Part shown: positions 24,762 to 34,316 of the stretch, piece after piece | Layout of the letters: the number at the start of each line of letters is the position of its first letter | Numbering within the stretch: position 1 is the stretch's first letter | Virus record (IMG/VR): IMGVR_UViG_3300006754_000066 | Coordinates: 1-34,316 of that record | Length of the DNA stretch: 34,316 nucleotides | Origin: a virus | Taxonomy: Duplodnaviria > Caudoviricetes | Reading direction: 5' to 3' (one strand) | Program-made: the position numbers and the translations under genes | The notes under the pieces: generated by a model | The model's database searches: none | What the model was told of the DNA's origin: nothing | The model's input: only the letters and a program-made list of their open reading frames with translations

Positions 24762-26090
24762 ATGGCTAAAAAAAATTACGTTATCGATACTAGCGTCTGC
24801 TTAACTGACGCTGATGTTTTATTCAAATTTGATAACAATGACATCTTCATACCATTGAAAGTATTAGAAGAAATAGATAATCATAAAAAAAGACAAGATT
24901 CTGTCGGTGCGAACGCTCGCAAATTTATTAGAACAATGGATGAGCTTCGCCAAAAAGGATCCCTGGAGAAAGGAATAAGGATCGATAAAGGTCAAGGAAT
25001 ATTAAAAGTAGTATCTTTTACAGACCTTAAAGAAGTAATATTCCCGGCAGATTTGGATATTAGATTACCAGATCATGTTATAATGGCCACAGCAAAAACC
25101 ATTCAAGCTCAAAGCAATCGAAAAACCATAGTTATAAGCCGCGATATTAATATGCGAGTTGTGTGTGATTCTATTGGTCTATTGTCAGAAGATTACACAT
25201 CTGAAAAAGCAGTAATATCTTCTGATGACTTATACAATGGTTTTGTGGTAATTCCGTTTGATGATGAAGTCATCGATCGATATTATGCCGGCGAAGATAT
25301 AATCATCGATGATGAAGCAGACGAAATTTTATACCCAAATCAATATATTATGATGATATCCAATGCTAATGAGAAGAAATCAGCCTTAGCACGCTTCAGA
25401 AGCCCCCACGAGCCGCTTAAAAATATTGTGCATAAGAACCTTCCAGATTGGAAGATAGACGCCAGAAACAAAGAACAAGCGTTTGCTATAGATATGCTTA
25501 TGAACCCAGAGATAAAAGTAATTTCATTAGTTGGCCGCGCCGGATCCGGTAAAACGCTTTTGGCTATTGCTGCTGGGTTGCAACAAACGATTGGCCTGAG
25601 ATCAGAAAACAATCACTATTCGCGATTAATAGTGTCTCGTCCTATACAACCTCTTGGAAAGGATATTGGTTTTTTGCCAGGAACAATGGAAGAGAAAATG
25701 TTGCCATGGCTTATGCCTATCCAAGATAACCTTAAATTTTTAATGGGTGATCGTACTAATCTTGAGATGTATATAGAAAAAGGCAAAATCGAAATCGAAG
25801 CATTAACTTATATTCGTGGTCGATCTATTTCTAATGCATTTATAGTAATCGACGAGGCTCAAAACTTGACAAAACACGAAATTAAGACTATAATAACTCG
25901 TATAGGTGAAGGAACAAAGATTATCTTGACCGGCGATGTAGAACAGATTGATAATGTATATGTTAATGAAACTTCAAATGGCTTGGCACACGCGGTTGAA
26001 AAATTTAAAGACTTTCATATTTCTGGCCATATGACTTTCCGAAAAGGTGAACGTTCGGAAGTCGCCACAATCGCATCAAAAGTTTTATAA
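24762..26090 (+). CDS. phoH: PIN-domain PhoH-family ATPase (PhoH2/YlaK type)
   Basis: N-terminal PIN YVIDTSV..VLEEID..SRDINMR; GRAGSGKT, GFLPG, YIRGRS, IDEAQN, GDVEQID. Confidence 0.95.
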   Translation: MAKKNYVIDTSVCLTDADVLFKFDNNDIFIPLKVLEEIDNHKKRQDSVGANARKFIRTMDELRQKGSLEKGIRIDKGQGILKVVSFTDLKEVIFPADLDIRLPDHVIMATAKTIQAQSNRKTIVISRDINMRVVCDSIGLLSEDYTSEKAVISSDDLYNGFVVIPFDDEVIDRYYAGEDIIIDDEADEILYPNQYIMMISNANEKKSALARFRSPHEPLKNIVHKNLPDWKIDARNKEQAFAIDMLMNPEIKVISLVGRAGSGKTLLAIAAGLQQTIGLRSENNHYSRLIVSRPIQPLGKDIGFLPGTMEEKMLPWLMPIQDNLKFLMGDRTNLEMYIEKGKIEIEALTYIRGRSISNAFIVIDEAQNLTKHEIKTIITRIGEGTKIILTGDVEQIDNVYVNETSNGLAHAVEKFKDFHISGHMTFRKGERSEVATIASKVL

Positions 26091-26135
26091 TAAACAAGAG
26101 CTTATTTTTAAGCTACAACAACAAAGGAGCACTCA

Positions 26136-26426
26136 ATGAGTGAAGAAAAAGTAATATCTGAATTAGAAATTCACGAAAACCCGATGTTGGCACTTGGTGT
26201 CGAACCGGGAAGTGAATCGAAGCTAAAGAATTATTTAGTAGAATATGTCGGAACAAAATTAGAGAATGAAGACGTTACAGTTAACATGATATCAGAAGTG
26301 TTGGCTGCCGAATTTCCGGAATTTGTGTTTGCATTTGCAGAAGAGAATTTCCTTAGAGGATATCAATTAGGATTAGACGATGCTGAGAACTTATTTAGAA
26401 AACAAACAAAAACAATTGAACAATAA
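26136..26426 (+). CDS. Acidic hypothetical protein
   Basis: AAGGAG SD; AEENFLRGYQLGLDD. Confidence 0.8.
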   Translation: MSEEKVISELEIHENPMLALGVEPGSESKLKNYLVEYVGTKLENEDVTVNMISEVLAAEFPEFVFAFAEENFLRGYQLGLDDAENLFRKQTKTIEQ

Positions 26427-27081
26427 ACAAATCGATTTTTATACACCCCGTGGTACTCATGTTTATTTTAAAGATAAGATGGAAAATGGTGCCGTAAATG
26501 TTGAAGAAGTAGTAGGTTCGGTTGAAAATATATTGCCGCGCCATCTTATGTCTGAAATCGAGATGATTGTTGTGGGTTGGTTTCCAGAATTTGAAGAGAG
26601 GCAGATTAACGCCTTTTATCAAGATGCGATACTGCACATATCAAATAAACAAGATGATCACGAAGATATGGTCGATGACATAATACATGAAATAGCACAT
26701 TCGTTAGAAGAGACATATGGGTATGAAATATATGGTGATCACAAGGTCAAAAACGAATTTTTGAGTAAACGCATGCGACTACACGATGAATTATGGAGTA
26801 TAGATTATAAAGCACCTAAAGCTTTTTTCTCCGAGATCGAATACAATAAAGAATTTGACAATTTTTTATTAAATACGGTTGGTTATGATAAATTGAATGT
26901 TATTTGTAGCGGTCTGTTTATTAATGCATATGCTCCAACATCTTTAAGAGAATATTTTGCAACAGGTTTTGTCGATTTTTATATGAATTCGGATGACCAC
27001 ACATCATTGAAGATGGTTAGTCCAGAAATATATGAAAAACTTTTATTATTAAATCAAGAAAATGTTGACAACTTGTACTGA
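26380..27081 (+). CDS. Putative zinc metallopeptidase (HExxH...E, gluzincin-like)
   Basis: INAFY, IIHEIAHSLE, distal REYFA. Confidence 0.7.
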   Translation: MLRTYLENKQKQLNNKQIDFYTPRGTHVYFKDKMENGAVNVEEVVGSVENILPRHLMSEIEMIVVGWFPEFEERQINAFYQDAILHISNKQDDHEDMVDDIIHEIAHSLEETYGYEIYGDHKVKNEFLSKRMRLHDELWSIDYKAPKAFFSEIEYNKEFDNFLLNTVGYDKLNVICSGLFINAYAPTSLREYFATGFVDFYMNSDDHTSLKMVSPEIYEKLLLLNQENVDNLY

Positions 27082-27093
27082 GTAGGTTATAAT
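27065..27093 (+). promoter_or_regulatory. Consensus sigma70-type promoter
   Basis: TTGACA-17 bp-TATAAT. Confidence 0.85.
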
Positions 27094-27123
27094 AAGATTG
27101 AAATATAAATCTTGGAGGGCCAA

Positions 27124-27894
27124 GTGCCACATATATCTTACTCAGAACTTAAGGATTGGAAATTTTGTCCTTTCTACCACAAACTAACGCGCGTAGATAA
27201 GATAGACGGATTCACCGGCAACGAATATACTGCTTTTGGTTCTGCTATGCACTCTGTGTGTGAGAAAAAGTTACTTCAAGAAGAAGTAGATGAGGAATTC
27301 TTTGTTCAAGAGCTTAAAAAGAACATTGCTGAACTTGATGAAGATCACGAAGTAAATAAAAAACTTGTTGTTGATATGATGGGTCAAGGAAAAAACATTA
27401 TCCCCGAGATTGAAGAAGCGCTTGATGATTATTTTGAAGAGTATGAAGTATTGGCTGTAGAAATGCCATTGATGGAAGAGATCGACGGCCACGATGGTTA
27501 TAATTTTAAAGGATACATTGACGCAGTAGTTGCAACCCCGGATGGAAAAATTCATATTTTTGACTGGAAGACTTGTTCGTGGGGCTGGGATGCCAAAAAA
27601 CGTTCTGACAAAATAGTAACCTATCAACTTACCTTATATAAAAAGTATTTTTGCCAGAAGATGGATGCCGATCCAAATGATGTGGAAACTCATTTTGCAT
27701 TACTAAAACGTACAGCGAAAAAAAATCGTGTTGAATTCTTTAGAGTTACGAGCGGAAATAAAAAAACTGAAAATGCTCTTAAACTTTTGAACACAGCGTT
27801 GTATAATATTAAAAACCAACGATATATCAAAAACCGTTTGTCTTGTACGGGCGGCTTCGGATGTAAATTTTACAGGACTGAACATTGTCCATGA
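27124..27894 (+). CDS. PD-(D/E)xK Cas4/RecB-like exonuclease with probable Fe-S cluster
   Basis: HISYS..CP, FGSAMH, E, GYIDAV, DWKT, QL.LY, three C-terminal Cys; GGAGG SD before GTG 27124. Confidence 0.88.
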   Translation: MPHISYSELKDWKFCPFYHKLTRVDKIDGFTGNEYTAFGSAMHSVCEKKLLQEEVDEEFFVQELKKNIAELDEDHEVNKKLVVDMMGQGKNIIPEIEEALDDYFEEYEVLAVEMPLMEEIDGHDGYNFKGYIDAVVATPDGKIHIFDWKTCSWGWDAKKRSDKIVTYQLTLYKKYFCQKMDADPNDVETHFALLKRTAKKNRVEFFRVTSGNKKTENALKLLNTALYNIKNQRYIKNRLSCTGGFGCKFYRTEHCP

Positions 27895-27902
27895 GGAAAT
27901 AA

Positions 27903-29192
27903 ATGAAGAAAAAGAAAATTTTAGTATTATCTGATCACCCGCTTTCGCCTTCGGGGGTTGGAACACAAACAAAATATATGATAGAAGCCCTGTTAAAGAC
28001 GGGCAGATACAAGTTTGTTTGTTTAGCCGGCGCAATGAAACACCAAGACTATACTCCAAAACAAATAGAACCATATGGTGAAGATTTTGTTATATTTCCT
28101 GTTGATGGTTATGGAACACATGAGATTGTTCGTTCTATCATGCAAAAAGAGCGCCCAGACGTACTTTGGTTCATGACCGATCCAAGGTTTTATGGTTGGT
28201 TGTGGGAAATTGAGAATGAGATTCGCGCCAACATACCAATGGTATACTATCATGTTTGGGATAATTTCCCAACACCCTTATATAATAGGAGGTATTATCG
28301 CTCAACAGATGAAGTGGTATGTATTTCGAAAGTTACTCACGAAATATTAAAAGAGTGCGCACCCGGCGTGTCCTCTCATTATCTACCACACGCTGTACAT
28401 ACAGAACATTTTAAGAAACACAAATCACCGGAAATGGTGCAAAAAATTAAAACCATCCGCGAACAAATTATGGCCCATAGCGAAGGCCGCGCCGTAAATG
28501 CGAATAAGAAGATATTCTTCTGGAACAATCGAAACGCGCGCCGAAAACAATCAGGTACTCTTGTCTGGTGGTTTAAAGAATGGTTAGATAAAGTTGGGCA
28601 CGATAAAGCATGTTTATTAATGCACACAGATGCTAGAGACCCTCACGGACAGGATTTGCCACACCTTATTGAGCATCTTGGGATCACTGAGGGTCAAATC
28701 ATGTTGTCAACCACAAAAGTATCACCTGAAGAATTGGGCCTTTATTATAATGCGGTAGATTATACAATCAACATATCGGATGCCGAAGGTTTTGGCTTAG
28801 CGACATTAGAATCACTATCTTGTGGCACTCCAATTATCGTTAATATGACCGGCGGCCTACAAGAACAAGTTACAAATGGAAAAGAATGGTTTGGATGGGG
28901 AATAAAGCCTTCCTCCAAGGCGATTATCGGTTCATTAGAAGTACCTTACATTTATGAAGACAGAATCTCACAAGAAGATTTTGAAGCAGCTTTAAATAAG
29001 GCACTTAAGACCAACAAACAGAAGTATAAAAAAATGTCTATTCAAGGTAGGGAACACGTAAAAAATAATTATAATTTTGAAGATTATGAAAAACAGTGGG
29101 TCACTTTGATGGACGAAGTTATTGAAAAACATGGCTCTTGGGATACTCGTACAGGATACCAGCGCTGGCATTTATTGGAGATTGCATCATGA
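27903..29192 (+). CDS. GT-B (GT4-like) glycosyltransferase
   Basis: SGVGTQ, NRNARRK, AEGFGLATLESLSCGTPII. Confidence 0.92.
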   Translation: MKKKKILVLSDHPLSPSGVGTQTKYMIEALLKTGRYKFVCLAGAMKHQDYTPKQIEPYGEDFVIFPVDGYGTHEIVRSIMQKERPDVLWFMTDPRFYGWLWEIENEIRANIPMVYYHVWDNFPTPLYNRRYYRSTDEVVCISKVTHEILKECAPGVSSHYLPHAVHTEHFKKHKSPEMVQKIKTIREQIMAHSEGRAVNANKKIFFWNNRNARRKQSGTLVWWFKEWLDKVGHDKACLLMHTDARDPHGQDLPHLIEHLGITEGQIMLSTTKVSPEELGLYYNAVDYTINISDAEGFGLATLESLSCGTPIIVNMTGGLQEQVTNGKEWFGWGIKPSSKAIIGSLEVPYIYEDRISQEDFEAALNKALKTNKQKYKKMSIQGREHVKNNYNFEDYEKQWVTLMDEVIEKHGSWDTRTGYQRWHLLEIAS

Positions 29193-30439
29193 AAACAAAG
29201 ATACTATTGGTTGGACCGGTCCTTACCAGATCCGGTTACGGAGAGCAAGCTAGATTTGCATTAAGATCTCTAAGAACCTGTGAAGATATATATGATATTT
29301 ATATACATCCACTACAGTGGGGAAATACGTCTTGGGTCGCCGAATATGATGAAGAAAAAACATATATTGATGACCTAATTGAAAAAACTATTTTATACGG
29401 ACAACAAGGCAACGCACGCTTTGATATTTCACTACAGGTCACTATTCCAAATGAATGGAAGAAGCATGCCCCGATTAACATTGGATATACTGCTGGTATT
29501 GAAACTACTAGGGTTGCTCATGAGTGGCTAACTGCCGCAAATCAGATGGATAAAGTGATAGTTGTATCACAACATTCCAAAGATGTGTTTAAGGTGTCAA
29601 ATTATACCGGCATGGACGAACAAAATAATGAAGTAAGTAAGTTAGTAATTGAAACTCCGATCGATGTAGTGAATTATCCTGCAAAAAAATACACGGACCT
29701 TGAAGGTGTAGAGCTTGCTGTTGAAACAGAGTTTAACTTTCTATCAGTTGCGCAGTTCGGCCCCCGAAAGAATTTGATTAATATGGTTCGATGGTTTGTG
29801 GAAGAGTTTCATGACGATGCTGGAGTTGGCTTTATAATAAAAACCAATAGAGCTAAAAACTGTCTTATGGATAGAGAAGTCTGTGAAGGAGAATTCAAAG
29901 CCATGGTCGCTGATTATCCTGATAGAAAGTGTAAAATATATTTACTGCATGGAGATATGACTGATCGAGAAATACATTCACTCTATATTAATAACAAAGT
30001 TTCGGCCTTTGTGGGAATTCCCCATGGCGAAGGCTTCGGTTTACCACTATTCGAAGCCGCCTATTCCGGTCTTCCTGTTGTGGCCACCGGGTGGTCTGGT
30101 CAATTAGACTTTTTGGTAGATAAAGACGGTGATGAGCATTTTTATAATGTTGGATATGATATAGCCCAAGTACCGGATGAGGTAGTATGGGATGGAGTAT
30201 TGATTAAGGAATCCGCATGGGCCTATGCTCGCGAAGGATCCTACAAAGAAAAGCTTCGAGAATGCTTTACGGACATTAATAACAATGAAGGCCACGCCAG
30301 CGCCGCATGCGAATACGCCGAGACATTACAAGAAACTTTCAACGAACAAAAAATATATAAACAGTTTGTCGATTCTGTTAATCAATTTCAAGAAAATAAT
30401 GAATGGGTAAAGACCCTATCTCAAATAGAGATTGTATGA
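29189..30439 (+). CDS. GT-B (GT4-like) glycosyltransferase
   Basis: SGYGEQAR, RKN, GEGFGLPLFEAAYSGLPVV; ATGA-coupled start at 29189. Confidence 0.92.
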   Translation: MKTKILLVGPVLTRSGYGEQARFALRSLRTCEDIYDIYIHPLQWGNTSWVAEYDEEKTYIDDLIEKTILYGQQGNARFDISLQVTIPNEWKKHAPINIGYTAGIETTRVAHEWLTAANQMDKVIVVSQHSKDVFKVSNYTGMDEQNNEVSKLVIETPIDVVNYPAKKYTDLEGVELAVETEFNFLSVAQFGPRKNLINMVRWFVEEFHDDAGVGFIIKTNRAKNCLMDREVCEGEFKAMVADYPDRKCKIYLLHGDMTDREIHSLYINNKVSAFVGIPHGEGFGLPLFEAAYSGLPVVATGWSGQLDFLVDKDGDEHFYNVGYDIAQVPDEVVWDGVLIKESAWAYAREGSYKEKLRECFTDINNNEGHASAACEYAETLQETFNEQKIYKQFVDSVNQFQENNEWVKTLSQIEIV

Positions 30440-31283
30440 TATGAAGATTGCATTTTTGCAAGATTTCTTTGATAATGAATTAATTGGTGGCGCAGAACAA
30501 AACGATGCTGTTCTTTTAGAACATATGTCAGTTCTGGGCCATCATGTGGTACCAGTACACACTTATATGATAGCACCTGTGATTGAATGTTATGATTTTT
30601 TTATTGTAAGTAATTTCACAAGATTACCACAAGATGTTAAACAATATTTAATTCAAAAGAAGAATTATATAATCTACGAACATGATCACAAATATGTTAA
30701 GACTCGTAATCCGGCCGCATACGAAGACTTTAAAGCACCCCCAAGCCATATTATCAATAGAGATTTTTATGCAAATGCAAAAAAAGTTTTTGTATTAAGT
30801 AAGATCTGTAAAGAAGTTATCGAAAAAAACTTGAATATTGATAATGTAGTTAATATTGGGTGTTCATTGTGGAGCAAGAAAAAGCTTGATATTTTACGGC
30901 GCACGAATTCAGTAGAGAAAACTCATGAGTATGGGATATTAAAGAGCAATAACGAGATTAAAGGCACAAAAGAAGCACTTAACTATTGTAAAAATTTGAA
31001 ATTGGATTTAAATGATGTATTAGCAATAGCTTCGACCGATTATGAAGTCTTTATTAAAACCCTAGCATCCTGCGAGAAGTTCATATTTCTCCCACAAGTA
31101 TTAGAAACTTATTCCAGAGTCTGCGCAGAAGCAAAAATGGTAAATTGTAAAATTATCACTACTCCTAAAATGTTAGGATTTTTCAGTGAAGATTATTCAG
31201 AACTCTCTGGCATACCTTTAGTGGACAAAATAGAGTGTCAGATCACTTCGGCCTTGGGTATGTTTGAGAAAGTTATATGTTAG
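30432..31283 (+). CDS. Divergent glycosyltransferase-like protein
   Basis: GGAEQ N-terminal motif, KG, ETYSRVCAEAK (Ex7E); start 30432 or 30441. Confidence 0.7.
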   Translation: MYDMKIAFLQDFFDNELIGGAEQNDAVLLEHMSVLGHHVVPVHTYMIAPVIECYDFFIVSNFTRLPQDVKQYLIQKKNYIIYEHDHKYVKTRNPAAYEDFKAPPSHIINRDFYANAKKVFVLSKICKEVIEKNLNIDNVVNIGCSLWSKKKLDILRRTNSVEKTHEYGILKSNNEIKGTKEALNYCKNLKLDLNDVLAIASTDYEVFIKTLASCEKFIFLPQVLETYSRVCAEAKMVNCKIITTPKMLGFFSEDYSELSGIPLVDKIECQITSALGMFEKVIC

Positions 31284-32191
31284 TGATTACCGGCGCCGCT
31301 GGCTTTATTGGGTGGAATTTATACCAGTCTTTAAAGCACTTGCGTGATGTCATATTGGTTGATTATGGGGAACAATTCACGGATCTATCTCCAACCCACG
31401 AAGTCATGGACCCACTCGAATTCTTGGAAAAAATGAACACAGCTTCATTTGCTTCTAATATTGAAATAGTGTTCCACCAAGGCGCCTGCTCTGATACATT
31501 ATGTAAGGATCCTCATCATATGATGCAGCAGAACTTTGATTATAGTCATGAATTGTTTAATAGATGTTTACAATACGGCGTCAAATTAATATATGCTTCA
31601 TCTGCGTCGGTTTACGGCGATGGTGTGGCCTCCGAGAGTTCACCGATGACACCTAAAAACTTATATGCAAATTCAAAGCGGATATTTGATGATTATGTAA
31701 CAACATTTTTAAGTAACACAAAAGTAGAATACCCACAAATAGTAGGTTTGAGATATTTTAATGTTTATGGTCCCGGCGAAGAAAGAAAAGGAAGAATGGC
31801 GTCAGTAGCCTGCCAATTTAAGAAGCAAATCGATGAATCTAATAAAATAAACATATTTGCCGGCAGCGAAAACTTTATGAGGGATTTTATCTTCATTGAT
31901 GACGTCGTTGAAATTAACAAGCATTTTGCTAACAATCCTAAAATAAGCGGAATATTTAACTGCGGAACTGGGGTAGCATCCCCATTTACAGCAATTCCTG
32001 AAACAATGAAGCCTCATTATAATTTCGAAACAATAGAAATTTCAATGCCTGAGAACATAATAACCAGTTATCAAAAATTCACTAAAGCTGATACAAACAA
32101 ACTGACTTCTGTTGGCGGATACAAAAGGCCATTTCATAGCTTAAGTGCAGGAATGGAAAAATACATAAAATATTGGAAAGGCCACCAATGA
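31277..32191 (+). CDS. hldD: ADP-L-glycero-D-manno-heptose 6-epimerase-like SDR
   Basis: ITGAAGFIG, FHQGACSDT, YASSASVYG, YANSK, LRYFNVYGP.E..KGRMASV, RDFI. Confidence 0.9.
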   Translation: MLVITGAAGFIGWNLYQSLKHLRDVILVDYGEQFTDLSPTHEVMDPLEFLEKMNTASFASNIEIVFHQGACSDTLCKDPHHMMQQNFDYSHELFNRCLQYGVKLIYASSASVYGDGVASESSPMTPKNLYANSKRIFDDYVTTFLSNTKVEYPQIVGLRYFNVYGPGEERKGRMASVACQFKKQIDESNKINIFAGSENFMRDFIFIDDVVEINKHFANNPKISGIFNCGTGVASPFTAIPETMKPHYNFETIEISMPENIITSYQKFTKADTNKLTSVGGYKRPFHSLSAGMEKYIKYWKGHQ

Positions 32192-32583
32192 AGGGCTTTA
32201 CTAACGGATGTTATGATATACTGCATGTTGGTCATTTAAAACTATTGCAATATCTTAAAAGCAGATGTGAATACGTGGTCGTCGGCATCGATTCTGATAA
32301 GAGGGTTAAAGAATTAAAAGGTTCAGAGAGACCCATCAATAACGAAAAAGATAGAAAATATATGCTTGAAAGCTTGACATTTGTTGATAAAGTTGTTATA
32401 TTTAATTGTGAGAATGATTTAATTAAACTGGTTCTTGAAGAGTCACCCGATTTAATGGTGGTTGGTAGCGATTATAAAAATCGCCACGTTGTTGGCTCTC
32501 AACACGCCAGAAACTTAGAATTTTTTGAGAAACTCGATGGATACTCAACAACAAGAATATTACAACATAGATCTGATTGGTGA
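32188..32583 (+). CDS. hldC: Heptose-1-phosphate adenylyltransferase-like (RfaE domain II/HldC)
   Basis: FTNGCYDILHVGH, SD..V..LKG..RPIN, GSDY, GYSTT. Confidence 0.88.
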   Translation: MKGFTNGCYDILHVGHLKLLQYLKSRCEYVVVGIDSDKRVKELKGSERPINNEKDRKYMLESLTFVDKVVIFNCENDLIKLVLEESPDLMVVGSDYKNRHVVGSQHARNLEFFEKLDGYSTTRILQHRSDW

Positions 32584-33328
32584 TAGCTGCGAAGATGTAT
32601 ACCACTACGGTACATGTCATCGCCTAAGTCCGGAAGCACCGGTGCCAATATTGAAAGAGAGCAACTCCTTTTCAATGAAGGGGATGTCATGGAACGTTCG
32701 TCTTAACTTGGAATCGTTTGGTCTGTTTGTGGTCCACTATACAAATGAAGAAAAGATTAGAAAGCACCGATTTATTGATAAAAGATATAATCAACATCTT
32801 TTACGTTGGGATGAAGGGGAAGAAAAAAAGCTGAAACCATTCAATCTTAATTTGATTAGCGCGAACAAAGTACCCAATGCGGTTGTAATCAGTGATTATA
32901 ATAAAGGATTTTTACCATCCGAGATGTGTAAGAGAATAGTAAGCCATTATAGAAGTATAGATCCGGCGATACCCATATTTGTAGATACAAAGAAGACCGA
33001 TTTAAGCTGTTTTGAAGGCTGTTATATAAAAATAAATGAAAAAGAATATTCAAATATCGAAAGCCGCCCTCGCGGCTCAAAGTTTATTGTTACTTTGGGC
33101 GAGCGCGGTGCCAAATACCAAGACTCAATATACCCCACTGAAACAGTTGAGGTATTTGACGTTTGCGGCGCCGGCGATGTGTTTTTATCAAGTTTAGTAT
33201 ATGGATTTTTGAAACACGAAGATATGAGAAAAGCTATAAGAATAGCGAATAAATTAGCAAGTATTTCAGTGTCACACATGGGCACATATGTATTAACACC
33301 AGAGGATATAAAATGGATAGAAGAATAA
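32537..33328 (+). CDS. hldA: PfkB-family heptose-7-phosphate kinase-like (RfaE domain I/HldA)
   Basis: RLSPEAPVP, ISDYNKG, VTLGERGA, VFDVCGAGD. Confidence 0.88.
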   Translation: MDTQQQEYYNIDLIGDSCEDVYHYGTCHRLSPEAPVPILKESNSFSMKGMSWNVRLNLESFGLFVVHYTNEEKIRKHRFIDKRYNQHLLRWDEGEEKKLKPFNLNLISANKVPNAVVISDYNKGFLPSEMCKRIVSHYRSIDPAIPIFVDTKKTDLSCFEGCYIKINEKEYSNIESRPRGSKFIVTLGERGAKYQDSIYPTETVEVFDVCGAGDVFLSSLVYGFLKHEDMRKAIRIANKLASISVSHMGTYVLTPEDIKWIEE

Positions 33329-34059
33329 TTTACACGGATACAAAAAACAAGCAACACGACATATTGTTTTATGACTTGTTGGAATCCGGCCACAATATGG
33401 ATAAACATATAATTAATGGTTCATTGTTCCGCCGCCCCGATCATCATTTTGGGATGTTAGTTGGTCTCTTGAAGCCTGATTCTATAGTATATGATGTCGG
33501 ATCTTATATTGGAACCTTTTCTATTCCAATGGCCATCGAGGGCATGCAATTGCATGCATTTGAAGGATTTCCCGATAATTACTCTCGCTGCAAGAAAAAC
33601 ACTGAGCCATATAATATAACAAATCATTTGTGTGCAGTCAGCGATAAAGAATATTCAGTTGAATCTAAATTCAACAGCTGTATGGATGATGGATATGAGA
33701 AAAAAGATCATATACATTATTTTCGTCTTGATGATTTTATGGCCAACAACAAACTGCCAACACCAGATTTAGTAAAAGTAGATATAGAGGGAATGGAGAC
33801 AATAGCTCTCCATGGAATGACCAACCTTATAGAAAATATAAGACCGATTTGGCAAATGGGATACCACTATAAATTTTATTCCACCTTGGAAGGATACCCA
33901 GGTTGGGTTGATATTGAAGACGGCGGATATGATTTCCAAAACTTTCACAAACTTGATTATTTAATATATGATGAACACGGCCGACTTAATGATCCCAGCA
34001 TTCTTAACAAGCGCGGCGGCGAGTTCATTTTTATACCCAAAGAAAGAATCAAACGATGA
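33313..34059 (+). CDS. FkbM-family SAM-dependent methyltransferase
   Basis: YDVGSYIGTFS, HAFE, RLDD, LVKVDIEGME. Confidence 0.9.
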   Translation: MDRRIIYTDTKNKQHDILFYDLLESGHNMDKHIINGSLFRRPDHHFGMLVGLLKPDSIVYDVGSYIGTFSIPMAIEGMQLHAFEGFPDNYSRCKKNTEPYNITNHLCAVSDKEYSVESKFNSCMDDGYEKKDHIHYFRLDDFMANNKLPTPDLVKVDIEGMETIALHGMTNLIENIRPIWQMGYHYKFYSTLEGYPGWVDIEDGGYDFQNFHKLDYLIYDEHGRLNDPSILNKRGGEFIFIPKERIKR

Positions 34060-34316
34060 TTTATGTATTTGACATTGATGGTACCATTTGCACCAAAACA
34101 GATGGTAACTACACCAAGGCTAAGCCACTACAAGACAGAATAGCAATAGTGAACAAACTATATGAAAAAGGAAATACAATAATATTTCAGACAGCAAGAG
34201 GCATGGGCCGCAGCGACAACAATTCAGGTTATGCCAACAGGGTATTCTATGAAATGACGAGAAAACAGTTACTTGATTGGGGCGTCAGGTTTCATGATTT
34301 GTTTTTAGGAAAGCCA
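34056..34316 (+). CDS. HAD-family phosphatase (capsule-biosynthesis phosphatase-like), 3'-truncated
   Basis: Manual translation MIYVFDIDGTIC...QTARG...LFLGKP; ATGA overlap; runs off the window. Confidence 0.85.
   Translation, partial: MIYVFDIDGTICTKTDGNYTKAKPLQDRIAIVNKLYEKGNTIIFQTARGMGRSDNNSGYANRVFYEMTRKQLLDWGVRFHDLFLGKP

Noticed and set aside
27124-27894. Cas4-like gene as evidence of a CRISPR-Cas system
   Set aside because: No repeat-spacer array or other cas genes are visible; stand-alone Cas4-like nucleases are common in phages.
1-34316. Stop-codon reassignment, as seen in some large phages
   Set aside because: Recognisable enzymes are full length in the standard code, TAA, TAG and TGA all terminate genes, and no suppressor tRNA is seen.
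27903-34316. Interpretation of the window as a bacterial LPS locus on a chromosome
   Set aside because: No flippase, polymerase, ABC exporter or housekeeping context; the surrounding gene content and packing are phage-like.

Overview
Gene-dense, almost entirely + strand, AT-rich segment that looks like part of a large (jumbo-type) dsDNA bacteriophage read in the standard code. No capsid, portal, terminase or tail gene is recognisable here. The phage call rests on gene content and packing: PhoH, thymidine kinase, HNH, Cas4-like nuclease, DUF6267-like protein, tRNAs, tmRNA and many tiny overlapping ORFs. From left to right: (1) an array of small SH3/KOW-like 'VGDLV' proteins interrupted by a ~0.9 kb non-coding, palindrome-rich stretch; (2) a block mixing exported or envelope-type enzymes (trypsin-like protease, TlpA-like thioredoxin, matrixin-like protease, thermonuclease) with acidic proteins, several of which share an 'MKxLxENWRx(F/Y)LxE' leader fused to unrelated bodies (Ser/Thr kinase, HAD phosphatase and others); (3) a ligase-like/HxGH nucleotidyltransferase fusion, a Fis-like HTH gene and a complete tmRNA; (4) a vWA lipoprotein, cytidylyltransferase, HNH, an atypical long-arm tRNA with a GTT anticodon, tdk, tRNA-Ser, PIN-PhoH and a Cas4-like nuclease; (5) a glycosylation cluster with three glycosyltransferases, NDP-heptose enzymes (HldD/HldC/HldA-like), an FkbM methyltransferase and a HAD phosphatase running off the right edge. 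The most notable signals are the shared ENWR leader (candidate virion-cargo targeting system), the hybrid tRNA with its upstream structured RNA, the VGDLV family with a stereotyped gene junction, and a recurrent CTATTTA promoter-like motif. All family calls come from motif recognition by eye; no database search was run.
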